From the NCBI GenBank assembly GCA_011389735.1, contig JAABTS010000006.1, positions 107-64,106 of the forward strand: a stretch of DNA of 64,000 nucleotides, read 5' to 3'. The DNA is from Desulfobacteraceae bacterium (lineage in GTDB: Bacteria > Desulfobacterota > Desulfobacteria > Desulfobacterales > JAABTS01). The notes below the pieces were generated by a model. That model did not search any database. It was given only the letters and a program-made list of their open reading frames with translations, and had not been told where the DNA came from. The translations under genes were made by a program, and so were the position numbers. Below, in pieces: positions 56,423-64,000 of the stretch (position 1 is its first letter; each line of letters begins with the position of its first letter).

Positions 56423-56722
56423 ATGTTCATTGCTGGGAACTTGTTCGGCGCTGTCGCTTTGCTTTTACATTACGCTCTGACTTTCTATATGTACGTCATT
56501 ATCGCCAGGGCGATTCTTTCGTGGGTAAGCCCTGATCCTTACAATCCGGTGGTGCGGTTTATCAGTAACATTACAGAGCCGGTGTTGCACCAAATCCGGA
56601 AAAGACTCCCCGTGACCGCCGGAGGAATCGATTTTTCACCTATTATTGTCATATTTGTAATCATTTTTCTGCAGCGATTTATTGTGCAAAGTTTGTTTGA
56701 TCTTTCACAAACATTAAAATAA
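56423..56722 (+). CDS. yggT: YggT family membrane protein
   Basis: The 99-aa protein contains YMYVIIARAILSWV.PDPYNP. The neighbourhood with proC is the usual one. Confidence 0.8.
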   Translation: MFIAGNLFGAVALLLHYALTFYMYVIIARAILSWVSPDPYNPVVRFISNITEPVLHQIRKRLPVTAGGIDFSPIIVIFVIIFLQRFIVQSLFDLSQTLK

Positions 56723-56747
56723 CGACCGGTTAAGTTTCGGAGGAAAT

Positions 56748-57830
56748 ATGGCCAAAATTGACGCCTTTTTTAAGTTAATGAACGATCAGGGAGCATCGGA
56801 TTTGCATCTTGTTTCCGGCCAGCCGCCGGCGATTCGATTGAGAGGGGATATGGAGCGGATCAAGTACAAGGTGCTTGATAACGATGATTTAAAAGCCATG
56901 CTCTACGAAATCGCGCCCGAGGACAAGGTAAAGGTTTTTGAAGAAACCGGGGATGTGGACTTTGGGTATGAAATTCCGGGTTTGGCTAGATACCGGGCCA
57001 ATTTTTTCATGCAGAAATACGGTTGTGCGGCGGTGTTCCGGGAGATTCCCAGTACGATTTTGACCGCCGAGCAGCTCGGGCTGCCCGCGGTCGTCCCAAG
57101 GTTCGCCAGCCTGCCCCGAGGTCTCGTGCTTGTGACCGGGCCCACGGGGAGCGGAAAATCGACCACCCTTGCGGCCATCATCGATGTCGCGAACAAGGAG
57201 CGCAAAGACCATATTCTGACCATTGAAGATCCGATTGAATTCGTTCACACCAGCCAGAACTGCATTGTAAATCACCGGGAAGTCGGCACTCACACCAAGA
57301 CCTTTTCCGCCGCTCTCAAAGGCGCTCTTCGGGAAGATCCGGATATCATTCTGGTCGGAGAAATGCGGGACCTCGAAACCATATCGCTGGCTATCGAAGC
57401 TGCATCCACCGGCCATCTCGTTTTCGGAACGTTGCACACCACCAGCGCAGCCAAAACGGTGGACCGTATTATCGAAGTGTTTCCGACCAGCGCCCAGGCT
57501 CAGATTCGATCCACCCTGGCGGACGGTATCCGCGGCATTATGGCTCAAAACCTGTTCAAGCGGGTCGATAAAAAAGGTCGTTGCTGCGCTCTGGAAATCC
57601 TGGTGGCGACCCCTGCGGTTCGGAACCTGATCCGGGAAAACAAAACTTTCCAGATCGGATCGATGATGCAGACGGGAAAAAAATTCGGTATGCAGCTCCT
57701 GGACGACGCCATAATGGAGCTTCTGGAAAAAAGATGGATCAGCGCGGAAGACGCATACATGAAATCAAACGAAAAATCCCGATTCCGTCCGCTTCTGAAA
57801 AAACCGCCCACAGATTTCACGGATGCATAA
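56748..57830 (+). CDS. pilT: type IV pilus retraction ATPase PilT
   Basis: It contains GASDLHLVSGQPPAIRLRGDM and the Walker A GPTGSGKSTT. The PilT signature region is GHLVFGTLHTTSAAKTVDRI. Confidence 0.92.
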   Translation: MAKIDAFFKLMNDQGASDLHLVSGQPPAIRLRGDMERIKYKVLDNDDLKAMLYEIAPEDKVKVFEETGDVDFGYEIPGLARYRANFFMQKYGCAAVFREIPSTILTAEQLGLPAVVPRFASLPRGLVLVTGPTGSGKSTTLAAIIDVANKERKDHILTIEDPIEFVHTSQNCIVNHREVGTHTKTFSAALKGALREDPDIILVGEMRDLETISLAIEAASTGHLVFGTLHTTSAAKTVDRIIEVFPTSAQAQIRSTLADGIRGIMAQNLFKRVDKKGRCCALEILVATPAVRNLIRENKTFQIGSMMQTGKKFGMQLLDDAIMELLEKRWISAEDAYMKSNEKSRFRPLLKKPPTDFTDA

Positions 57831-58194
57831 CATAAAACGATTATAATCCCATTCCGGTTGTTTTAACACGTCCTTATATTTTAAGGCGCAAAATTCCCCG
57901 AATTTTGAAAAACCGAAATCGGATCGTAAGGGAAGTTACTGGAAATAAACTATCCAATATTACGCTGAATTTTGGTTCGTATTTCGTGTTGTGTCAAGAG
58001 CGTGCATATTGAAATATTCACCTCTTGACGCAATACGGAATACGGGGTCAAAAGGCAAGCAAGATTAGAAGCTAATTTTCTGTGACTTCCCTAATATAAA
58101 GGCTTTCCGGATAAATACGCACGGCGATTTCCACCGCCGGTATAGGATGCGCATTATTCGAAAGTTTTCCACATATTAAACGGGTTTATCAGAT

Positions 58195-58270
58195 ATTATG
58201 TTTCAGAAGGTGATGCATATTGTATCCTCCAACCGATAACGCACTGAAAGTTAATATCTAAAAGGCTATA
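58195..58270 (+). repeat. short tier-1 element
   Basis: The sequence is attatgtttcagaaggtgatgcatattgtatcctccaaccgataacgcactgaaagttaatatctaaaaggctatag. Confidence 0.6.
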
Positions 58271-58357
58271 GCCTTCCAGAAATTGAATTTTACCGTGTGT
58301 TGTCGGACTGGTATATACGAACAGTCTTGTGAAATTGAATTTCTGAAAACCAATATA
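58265..58357 (-). repeat. tier-1 element abutting the previous copy through a shared CTATAG
   Basis: The sequence is ctatagccttccagaaattgaattttaccgtgtgttgtcggactggtatatacgaacagtcttgtgaaattgaatttctgaaaaccaatata. Confidence 0.75.
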
Positions 58358-58375
58358 AAGCCACCGGGAGGCGCC

Positions 58376-59545
58376 ATGAGAAAACAAGAGATTGACTATA
58401 TCCTGACAAGGATGTTGGATTCTCACGGGAATGTATCAGACTTGAATGTAACCGCCGGAAAGCCGTTTCAGGTTGAGAGTTCGGGAGTGTTGACCGGTGT
58501 CGATATCGATCCGCCGTTCCATGAACTGACGCCTTTTCAGACCGAAATTTTTGCATTGAATCTCTTAAACCGCGATAGACGGCTTACGGAAATTTTTTTA
58601 AGAGAAGGGTCTTGCGACTTATCTTATGAGCTTCCGGGAAAAGCCCGGTTCAGGGTGAACATCTTTTCTCAACGCGGGCGAATTTCCGTTGTATTAAGGA
58701 AATTGGAAACCAAAATCCCGACTCTGACGGATTTGTCTTTGCCGCCGGCCTTCAAAAAAATCGCCGAAGAGAAAAACGGAATCATCCTTGTGACGGGCTC
58801 CACGGGCAGTGGTAAAACGACATCGCTTGCGGCCGTCCTTAACGATATGAACGAAAACAAATCGATCCACATCGTCACTCTCGAAGATCCTGTCGAATAT
58901 CAGCATCCCCATAAAAAGGCCACCTTCAATCAACGGGAAATGGGTCAGGATTTCGATTCGTTCGCCAACGGTCTTCGAGCCGCGCTAAGGCAGGCCCCCA
59001 AGGTGATTCTGGTGGGGGAAATGCGGGATCGGTTGACGGTTGAAATCGGGCTTAGCGCCGCCGAAACCGGCCACCTGGTTCTCAGTACGCTTCATACGGT
59101 CGACGCCGGCCAGACCATCAACCGTATCCTGGGTATGTTCACTATCGAGGAAGAAACGCAAATCCGAATTCGGCTCTCCGACACTGTCCGATGGGTGGTG
59201 TGCCAGCGACTTCTCCCAAAAGTCGGCGGAGGACGAGTGGCGGCCTTCGAAATCATGGGATCCAACCTTCGCGTAAAAGACACCATTCTTAACGGAGAAT
59301 CGGAAGGAAAAACCTATTATGAAATCATCCAGGCCGGAAAAGCGTTCGGAATGACCACCTTTGACGACTTTATCGTTGAATTATATGAAAAAGGACTGGT
59401 CACGGAAGAAACCGCGATGGCTTATGCATCGCGCAAAGGCATTGTGGGACGCGGTCTGGATATGGTGAAAAGCTCGCGCGGCGAAGCCACTACGGATATA
59501 GAAAACCTGGAAGTGGACACCACTTATGGAAAAAAACGGACGTAA
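58376..59545 (+). CDS. PilT/PilU-family ATPase, second paralog
   Basis: It contains VSDLNVTAGKPFQVE and the Walker A GSTGSGKTTS, plus GHLVLSTLHTVDAGQTINRI. The ATG at 58376 follows GGGAGG; the track start lies inside a repeat. Confidence 0.85.
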   Translation: MRKQEIDYILTRMLDSHGNVSDLNVTAGKPFQVESSGVLTGVDIDPPFHELTPFQTEIFALNLLNRDRRLTEIFLREGSCDLSYELPGKARFRVNIFSQRGRISVVLRKLETKIPTLTDLSLPPAFKKIAEEKNGIILVTGSTGSGKTTSLAAVLNDMNENKSIHIVTLEDPVEYQHPHKKATFNQREMGQDFDSFANGLRAALRQAPKVILVGEMRDRLTVEIGLSAAETGHLVLSTLHTVDAGQTINRILGMFTIEEETQIRIRLSDTVRWVVCQRLLPKVGGGRVAAFEIMGSNLRVKDTILNGESEGKTYYEIIQAGKAFGMTTFDDFIVELYEKGLVTEETAMAYASRKGIVGRGLDMVKSSRGEATTDIENLEVDTTYGKKRT

Positions 59546-59605
59546 ATCGCTGTTCCCGGCCAATATTCCGATTTGACCAACGATGCTCGCTGTCAAGGAG
59601 GCGTT

Positions 59606-60298
59606 ATGAATATCATATGTGATCATTGTCAAGGCAAGATTAAAATTCCCGATGAGCGGGTGCCGAAAGACAAGGCTTTTTCCATTACATGTCCGAAATG
59701 TAAAGGGAAGATCTCCATCAATCCTGAGGGTGAAGGCCAGGATTCTTCGGAATCGTCTTCTCCGCCTAAATCCGAGAAAAAGGGCGACGGCATGATCGGG
59801 GATATGGCGTCGATGAACGGCGGCGGGGAACAGGCGCCTGAAAACCCTTTTGACTTTTTGGAAGAAGGCGCCGAAACCGCCATGGTTTGTGAAACCGACG
59901 GCGTCATACGAAATAAAATAAAGATTCATTTGGAAAGAATGAAATACTACGTTTCGGAACCCGAAAACGCTCGAGAAGCACTCAAACAAATGCGGTTTCA
60001 CGACTACGATATTATCATCATAAATGAATTGTTCGGCACCCGTGATCCGGATTCCAATCATATTTTAAAATACCTCAGCCAGCTTAAAATGACCACCCGG
60101 AGAAATATTTTCGTGACGCTTTTAACGGAAAGATCCAAGTCAATGGATCCAATGACCGCTTTTAATCGTAGCGTAAATCTGGTGATCAATTTAAAGGATA
60201 TCGACAATGTGGATAAAATCCTGAAACAAGGGCTGACCGATAACGAAACCTTTTATCGCGTATACAAGGAGATGCTGGCGAAACTCGGACGGTTCTGA
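59606..60298 (+). CDS. MJ0042-type zinc-ribbon protein with a C-terminal receiver-like (probably pseudo-receiver) domain
   Basis: The N-terminus is MNIICDHCQGKIKIP...ITCPKCKGKISI. The C-terminus has an alternating beta/alpha pattern in which DIIIINELF sits where receivers have the phospho-Asp. The ATG follows AAGGAGG. Confidence 0.55.
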   Translation: MNIICDHCQGKIKIPDERVPKDKAFSITCPKCKGKISINPEGEGQDSSESSSPPKSEKKGDGMIGDMASMNGGGEQAPENPFDFLEEGAETAMVCETDGVIRNKIKIHLERMKYYVSEPENAREALKQMRFHDYDIIIINELFGTRDPDSNHILKYLSQLKMTTRRNIFVTLLTERSKSMDPMTAFNRSVNLVINLKDIDNVDKILKQGLTDNETFYRVYKEMLAKLGRF

Positions 60299-60357
60299 TG
60301 ACGGACGAAACTGGTACGATCTTTGCCCTCGGGTCGTCATTCCGCGGTAAAAACTTG

Positions 60358-60574
60358 TATAGCCTTCCGGAAATCAAATTGCACTGCGTTGTCGGCCCGG
60401 GGATATACGAATATTATTATGTTGAATTTTGAATGTTGGATGTTGAATGTTGGATGTGAGTCCCCTCATTTAGCATTTAACATTTAGCATTCAACATAAA
60501 TAATTTAGCATTCAACACAAAATGCAACAATCTCGGGCGTGGCTCCTTGTGAAATTCAATTTCTGAAAACATGC
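60358..60574 (-). repeat. tier-1 element interrupted at its apex by a tier-3 hairpin element
   Basis: The outer arms are tatagccttccggaaatcaaattgcactgcgttgtcggcccggggatatacgaatatt and atctcgggcgtggctccttgtgaaattcaatttctgaaaac. Confidence 0.85.
60421..60528 (+). mobile_element. tier-3 hairpin insertion (TGAATGTTGGATGT / CATTTAGCATT(T/C)AA tandem units)
   Basis: gttgaattttgaatgttggatgttgaatgttggatg-tgagtcccct-catttagcatttaacatttagcattcaacat forms a stem of about 31 bp. The ends are gttgaattttg / caaaatgcaac. Confidence 0.65.
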
Positions 60575-60590
60575 AGATTGAGGAATACAA

Positions 60591-61493
60591 ATGGCGCGTC
60601 ACTTGCAAATTGAGGATGGTCTATTTTTGATCCCCCTGGATCAAGCCATGACCGGATTCACGAATTTCATCGGCGCATGGGTTTTAAAAGGCGACCCGCT
60701 TATTGTGGTGGACGTGGGGCCGGCCTCCACCATCCCGATGCTTGTCGATACACTGAAAGAACTGGACGCCGACCGGCCGGATATCATCCTCACCACCCAT
60801 ATTCACATCGACCATTCAGGCGGCCTCGGAGATTTTCTAGATCACATTCCCGACGTTCCCATTGTTTGCCATTCATCGGCCGTATCCCATTTGACGGCGC
60901 CGGAACGGTTGTGGAACGGAAGCCTGAAAACCCTTGGCGACGTGGCTAGAACCTACGGCGAACCCAAACCTGTTCCGGAGCGTTTGCTGAACACGGCTGA
61001 AACATTCAGCAATGACGCTATTGTTCCGATCGCCACGCCCGGCCATGCGCCTCACCATGTAAGCTATCAGTGCGGGCGGATATTGTTCGCGGGCGAAGCC
61101 GGGGGCGTTTTTATGGCGCATTCGGAAGGGCTATATCTAAGGCCCGCGACGCCTCCTAAATTCTTTCCGGAAACCGCTCTGGGGAGTATCGAAAAATTAT
61201 TGGAAGTAAATTGCGGCAGGATGTGTTACGGGCATTTCGGATCGGTTAAAAATTTTAAATTTATGCTGGAAACCCATCGAAAGCAGTTGCTCAGATGGCT
61301 TGATATCATCGAAGGCGTCATCGAAACGGGGCCGGCCGATCCTTTGGCCGAATGTTTCAGTGTTTTGATGGAAAAAGATCCGCTCCTTGCTATATGGCCC
61401 TGGCTCACGCCTGAAATACGGGAACGTGAAACCGGATTTATCAAAAACAGCATCAAAGGCTATCTGCAATATTTTAAAACCCGGGACGCCTGA
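60591..61493 (+). CDS. MBL-fold metallo-hydrolase
   Basis: It carries the HIHIDHSGG (HxHxDH) motif and is 300 aa. Confidence 0.8.
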   Translation: MARHLQIEDGLFLIPLDQAMTGFTNFIGAWVLKGDPLIVVDVGPASTIPMLVDTLKELDADRPDIILTTHIHIDHSGGLGDFLDHIPDVPIVCHSSAVSHLTAPERLWNGSLKTLGDVARTYGEPKPVPERLLNTAETFSNDAIVPIATPGHAPHHVSYQCGRILFAGEAGGVFMAHSEGLYLRPATPPKFFPETALGSIEKLLEVNCGRMCYGHFGSVKNFKFMLETHRKQLLRWLDIIEGVIETGPADPLAECFSVLMEKDPLLAIWPWLTPEIRERETGFIKNSIKGYLQYFKTRDA

Positions 61494-62273
61494 TCACTTA
61501 TACGAATTTTTCGCTTTTTGATCGAGAAGCCTTAATCCTTCGAGCGTCAGGCCGCTTTCCACGGCGTCGATGGATTTGGATATTTGAGTCATCAGGCGGG
61601 CCAGCCCGCCTGTTGCAATGATTTTCGGATCAGATTTCATCTCCGCTTTCATACGTTCTACAATACCGTCCACAAGGCCGCTGTATCCGAAAAGAATTCC
61701 TGACTGCATACTCCAGGCTGTATTCTTGCCGATTACGGACGGCGGTTCCGTATACAAATCCACTCGCGGCAGCTTCGACGCTTTTTGAAACAGGGCTTCG
61801 GCCGATATGAATATGCCGGGGCTGATCGCTCCGCCAAGGTATTCGCCTTTTTCTGAAATGGCGTCAAAGGTGGTGGCCGTGCCGAAATCGATTATGATGC
61901 AGCTTTGTCGATACCGGGCGTATGCGGCGACCGCGTTCACGATTCGGTCCGCCCCGACTTCGGCGGGATTGCTGTAAAGAATGGGCATGTCCGAAACGGT
62001 CTTGACATTCACCCATCGAGGTTCATGCCCGAAATATTTGCGGCAGAAAGAATCCAAGTTGGACATCAGCGGCGGCACAACGCATGAAATAATGGTTCGC
62101 CTGATGGATTCCGGCGAGATCCCCGCTCCGTTGAACAATGTCACAACCATGACATAGAACTCGTCTTCGGTCATGTTTCTTTCCGTGCGGATACGCCAGT
62201 CTTCGACCAGACGGTCGCCGTCATACACGCCAAGCACCGTGTTGGTGTTGCCCACATCAATTACGAACAGCAT
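61494..62273 (-). CDS. coaX: type III pantothenate kinase
   Basis: It begins [17 protein letters not shown] and contains [11 protein letters not shown] and GADR. Confidence 0.92.
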   Translation of the reverse strand: MLFVIDVGNTNTVLGVYDGDRLVEDWRIRTERNMTEDEFYVMVVTLFNGAGISPESIRRTIISCVVPPLMSNLDSFCRKYFGHEPRWVNVKTVSDMPILYSNPAEVGADRIVNAVAAYARYRQSCIIIDFGTATTFDAISEKGEYLGGAISPGIFISAEALFQKASKLPRVDLYTEPPSVIGKNTAWSMQSGILFGYSGLVDGIVERMKAEMKSDPKIIATGGLARLMTQISKSIDAVESGLTLEGLRLLDQKAKNSYK

Positions 62274-62337
62274 ATGTTTATCCTCAACTAACGTTGTTGT
62301 TGGAACCCGGCCGCTGCAAAAGAACGGTTACGGGGGC

Positions 62338-63081
62338 TTAGCCGATGGTGTCCCTGGATGCAAATTCCGGTTCATGCAGCGGGATCAGAATGTCGGCCGA
62401 TGATTTCACTTTCATCAGGATATCATAGGCTTCATAGGCGTTTACATGGGTTCCCGGCGGAATTACGTCCATTTCCATGGCCCGGATTTCCCTGGGCGGG
62501 TAGAAGTTTTCCGAAATAACGCAAAATCCGGTAATTACCGCCTTACCCTGGGCTGTCTGAATCATGACGCTCATTCCGCCTTCGGTGTGGGCGGGAGTGT
62601 GGATCATGGATATTCCCGGCAGGATCTCCCGGTCGCCGTTCAAAATTTCGATCCGCCCGTTATCTTCGGCATCCTCGATAAAATCTTCCATGTACCGGAA
62701 ATCCAGAGGGTGTGGATCATGGATACTTTCCAGCTCCTTTTCATGAACATAAAATGTTGCGTTCACGCATTTGTAATCATTTTCGCAATGATCGTTGTGC
62801 AAATGGGTGTGAATGACAATATCGATGGATTCGGGCGTCAGCCCCCATTTTTCGAGCCCCTCTTCGAACGTGAAAATTTTCCCGCCGATTGACGCTTCGC
62901 GGTCCGCCGACCGAATAGGACTCATTTCACCGGTGTCCACGATCACTTTTTTTTCTCCGCCCTCGATGTACCAGCAATAAATCGGAATTGTATAAGGGTT
63001 TCCGTAGCCGTTCTGATAAGTCATCATACCCTTGTCGAATACTTTAGTTCCCATGACGATGGGATGAATTTTATATTCCAT
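62338..63081 (-). CDS. MBL-fold metallo-hydrolase (lactonase-like subgroup)
   Basis: It carries the HTHLHNDHCEN motif and is 247 aa. Confidence 0.8.
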   Translation of the reverse strand: MEYKIHPIVMGTKVFDKGMMTYQNGYGNPYTIPIYCWYIEGGEKKVIVDTGEMSPIRSADREASIGGKIFTFEEGLEKWGLTPESIDIVIHTHLHNDHCENDYKCVNATFYVHEKELESIHDPHPLDFRYMEDFIEDAEDNGRIEILNGDREILPGISMIHTPAHTEGGMSVMIQTAQGKAVITGFCVISENFYPPREIRAMEMDVIPPGTHVNAYEAYDILMKVKSSADILIPLHEPEFASRDTIG

Positions 63082-63127
63082 TGCAATGTCTCCTTGATCG
63101 GATCAAAAAAACTTTCCGCCCAGGCGG

Positions 63128-63958
63128 TTATCCGGCGGCCGCTGTTTCAAAAACACCGTGTCTTTGGGAAAGTTTTTCGAACATTTGGGTCAACCCGGCG
63201 CCTAATGTGAATATGGAGCCGATATCAAGATTTTTATCCGCCGTTTCATCGAAATAAAGGGTCAAGACCGATTCCATACCGTCTTCAGGTCGCTGATAGC
63301 AGATCATCAGGGGAACTCTGGGCAAAGGATGGAGTACTACGGATATATCCGCTTCGAAATGCTTTTCCGTTTCCTTGCCGCCGAATATATGCACCATGTC
63401 GTCAAAAAACGATGTATAACCATCGGCGATCCGTTTCATGGACTCTTCACACCGTTTTTGAAACAGGGGATACCGTTCTTTCCCGTTTTTCAGTTCCCGG
63501 AAGGACACCCAGTTTCCCGAAGGGGAAATTCCTTCGCCGTGAATCACATAATTTAAAAACGGAACAGCCACCCAGGGATTTACATGGATGTCCGCATACA
63601 GGTTTCCATCGACGCCGACGCTGAAATCCTTACCAAGGATTTTCAAGGTCAGCTTACGGCCGTCAAACCGGCCGCCGGTTCTTTCCGCAGCTTCGGCAAG
63701 ATCCAGGGACGCGGCCTCGGCTTTAAGCCGGCTTAAATGTTCGACCCTGTTGTCCTCAACGGTTTTTTCGTCTTCAGAATCCGTTTGTAATTTTTCGATA
63801 ACCCCGGCGTCTAACTTCGGGCAGTCTTCCAGCTTTTTTTTTCCCAGAAAAACGGCTCCGGCGAATGCAAGACAGGTCTTTTCGCCGCATTCCCTGCAAT
63901 TTGATTGATCCAGATGTTGGAAAATGTCCATAGCGTTTTTTGGTTTCGGCATTGTCAA
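63128..63958 (-). CDS. putative Fe-S-domain + DUF3786 protein
   Basis: The N-terminal QSNCRECGEKTCLAFAGAVFLGKKKLEDCP is a CxxC..C....C 'putative Fe-S cluster' domain. The C-terminal part is paralogous to the 39318..39923 product. Confidence 0.55.
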   Translation of the reverse strand: MTMPKPKNAMDIFQHLDQSNCRECGEKTCLAFAGAVFLGKKKLEDCPKLDAGVIEKLQTDSEDEKTVEDNRVEHLSRLKAEAASLDLAEAAERTGGRFDGRKLTLKILGKDFSVGVDGNLYADIHVNPWVAVPFLNYVIHGEGISPSGNWVSFRELKNGKERYPLFQKRCEESMKRIADGYTSFFDDMVHIFGGKETEKHFEADISVVLHPLPRVPLMICYQRPEDGMESVLTLYFDETADKNLDIGSIFTLGAGLTQMFEKLSQRHGVFETAAAG

Positions 63959-64000
63959 CCTCCTCTTTCATTTAACGATGTGTTTCCAAAAATCGGCATC

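Noticed and set aside
997-60574. Could the recurring ~105-bp units be a CRISPR array or arrays?
   Set aside because: The copies are dispersed one per intergenic gap and occur in both orientations. They are internally palindromic over their whole length and vary in sequence. They lack regularly sized unique spacers, and no cas genes are present.
1-64000. tRNA, rRNA or tmRNA genes
   Set aside because: I scanned the intergenic regions for T-loop (GGTTCGAATCC-like) and acceptor-stem patterns and for rRNA-like stretches. None was found by eye. A tRNAscan/Infernal run would be definitive.

Overview
The gene content of this 64-kb chromosomal window looks Desulfobacterota/Desulfobacterales-like; that taxonomy is inference only. 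About 59 CDS were called and no rRNA, tRNA or CRISPR was seen by eye. In order, the window contains:
- a type II secretion operon, gspE-F-G-H-I-J-K plus a GspL/PilM-PilN-like gene, with no secretin in view
- comEA and elbB
- a polarity-GTPase module, mglB-mglA-mglB, followed by an acidic protein and a zinc-ribbon/FHA protein
- a stand-alone EF-G paralog next to a RecA/KaiC-like ATPase
- rpsF-rpsR-DUF2232-rplI-dnaB-hflX, an IMPase, and dnaA with an AT-rich DnaA-box-like upstream region
- uvrA, then a partial F0 operon (atpZ-I-B-E)
- a small accessory patch with an HTH protein and an ISAzo13-like transposase stub
- rdgB, a nitroreductase, GTP-PEPCK, an SSF transporter and DUF3786 proteins
- nqrABCDEF, then a HAD + 2x IGPD-like fusion
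- nrdDG with NrdR boxes, a thioredoxin-like protein, dsbD, proC and yggT
- two PilT-family ATPases plus a zinc-ribbon pseudo-receiver
- two MBL hydrolases and coaX

The strongest non-genic signal is a very dense family of ~105-bp palindromic MITE/REP-like elements. At least two dozen copies sit in almost every intergenic gap, including inside operons. Their hairpin apex has been re-invaded by a second element class with 9-bp target-site duplications, and by a third hairpin element whose only stem mismatches are G:U on one strand.

The most notable protein-level oddities:
- an NqrA that keeps both RnfC-type CxxCxxCxxxCP motifs
- the duplicated, divergent mglB genes flanking mglA
- the HAD-IGPD-IGPD fusion

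All family assignments come from motifs read by eye. No database search was run.
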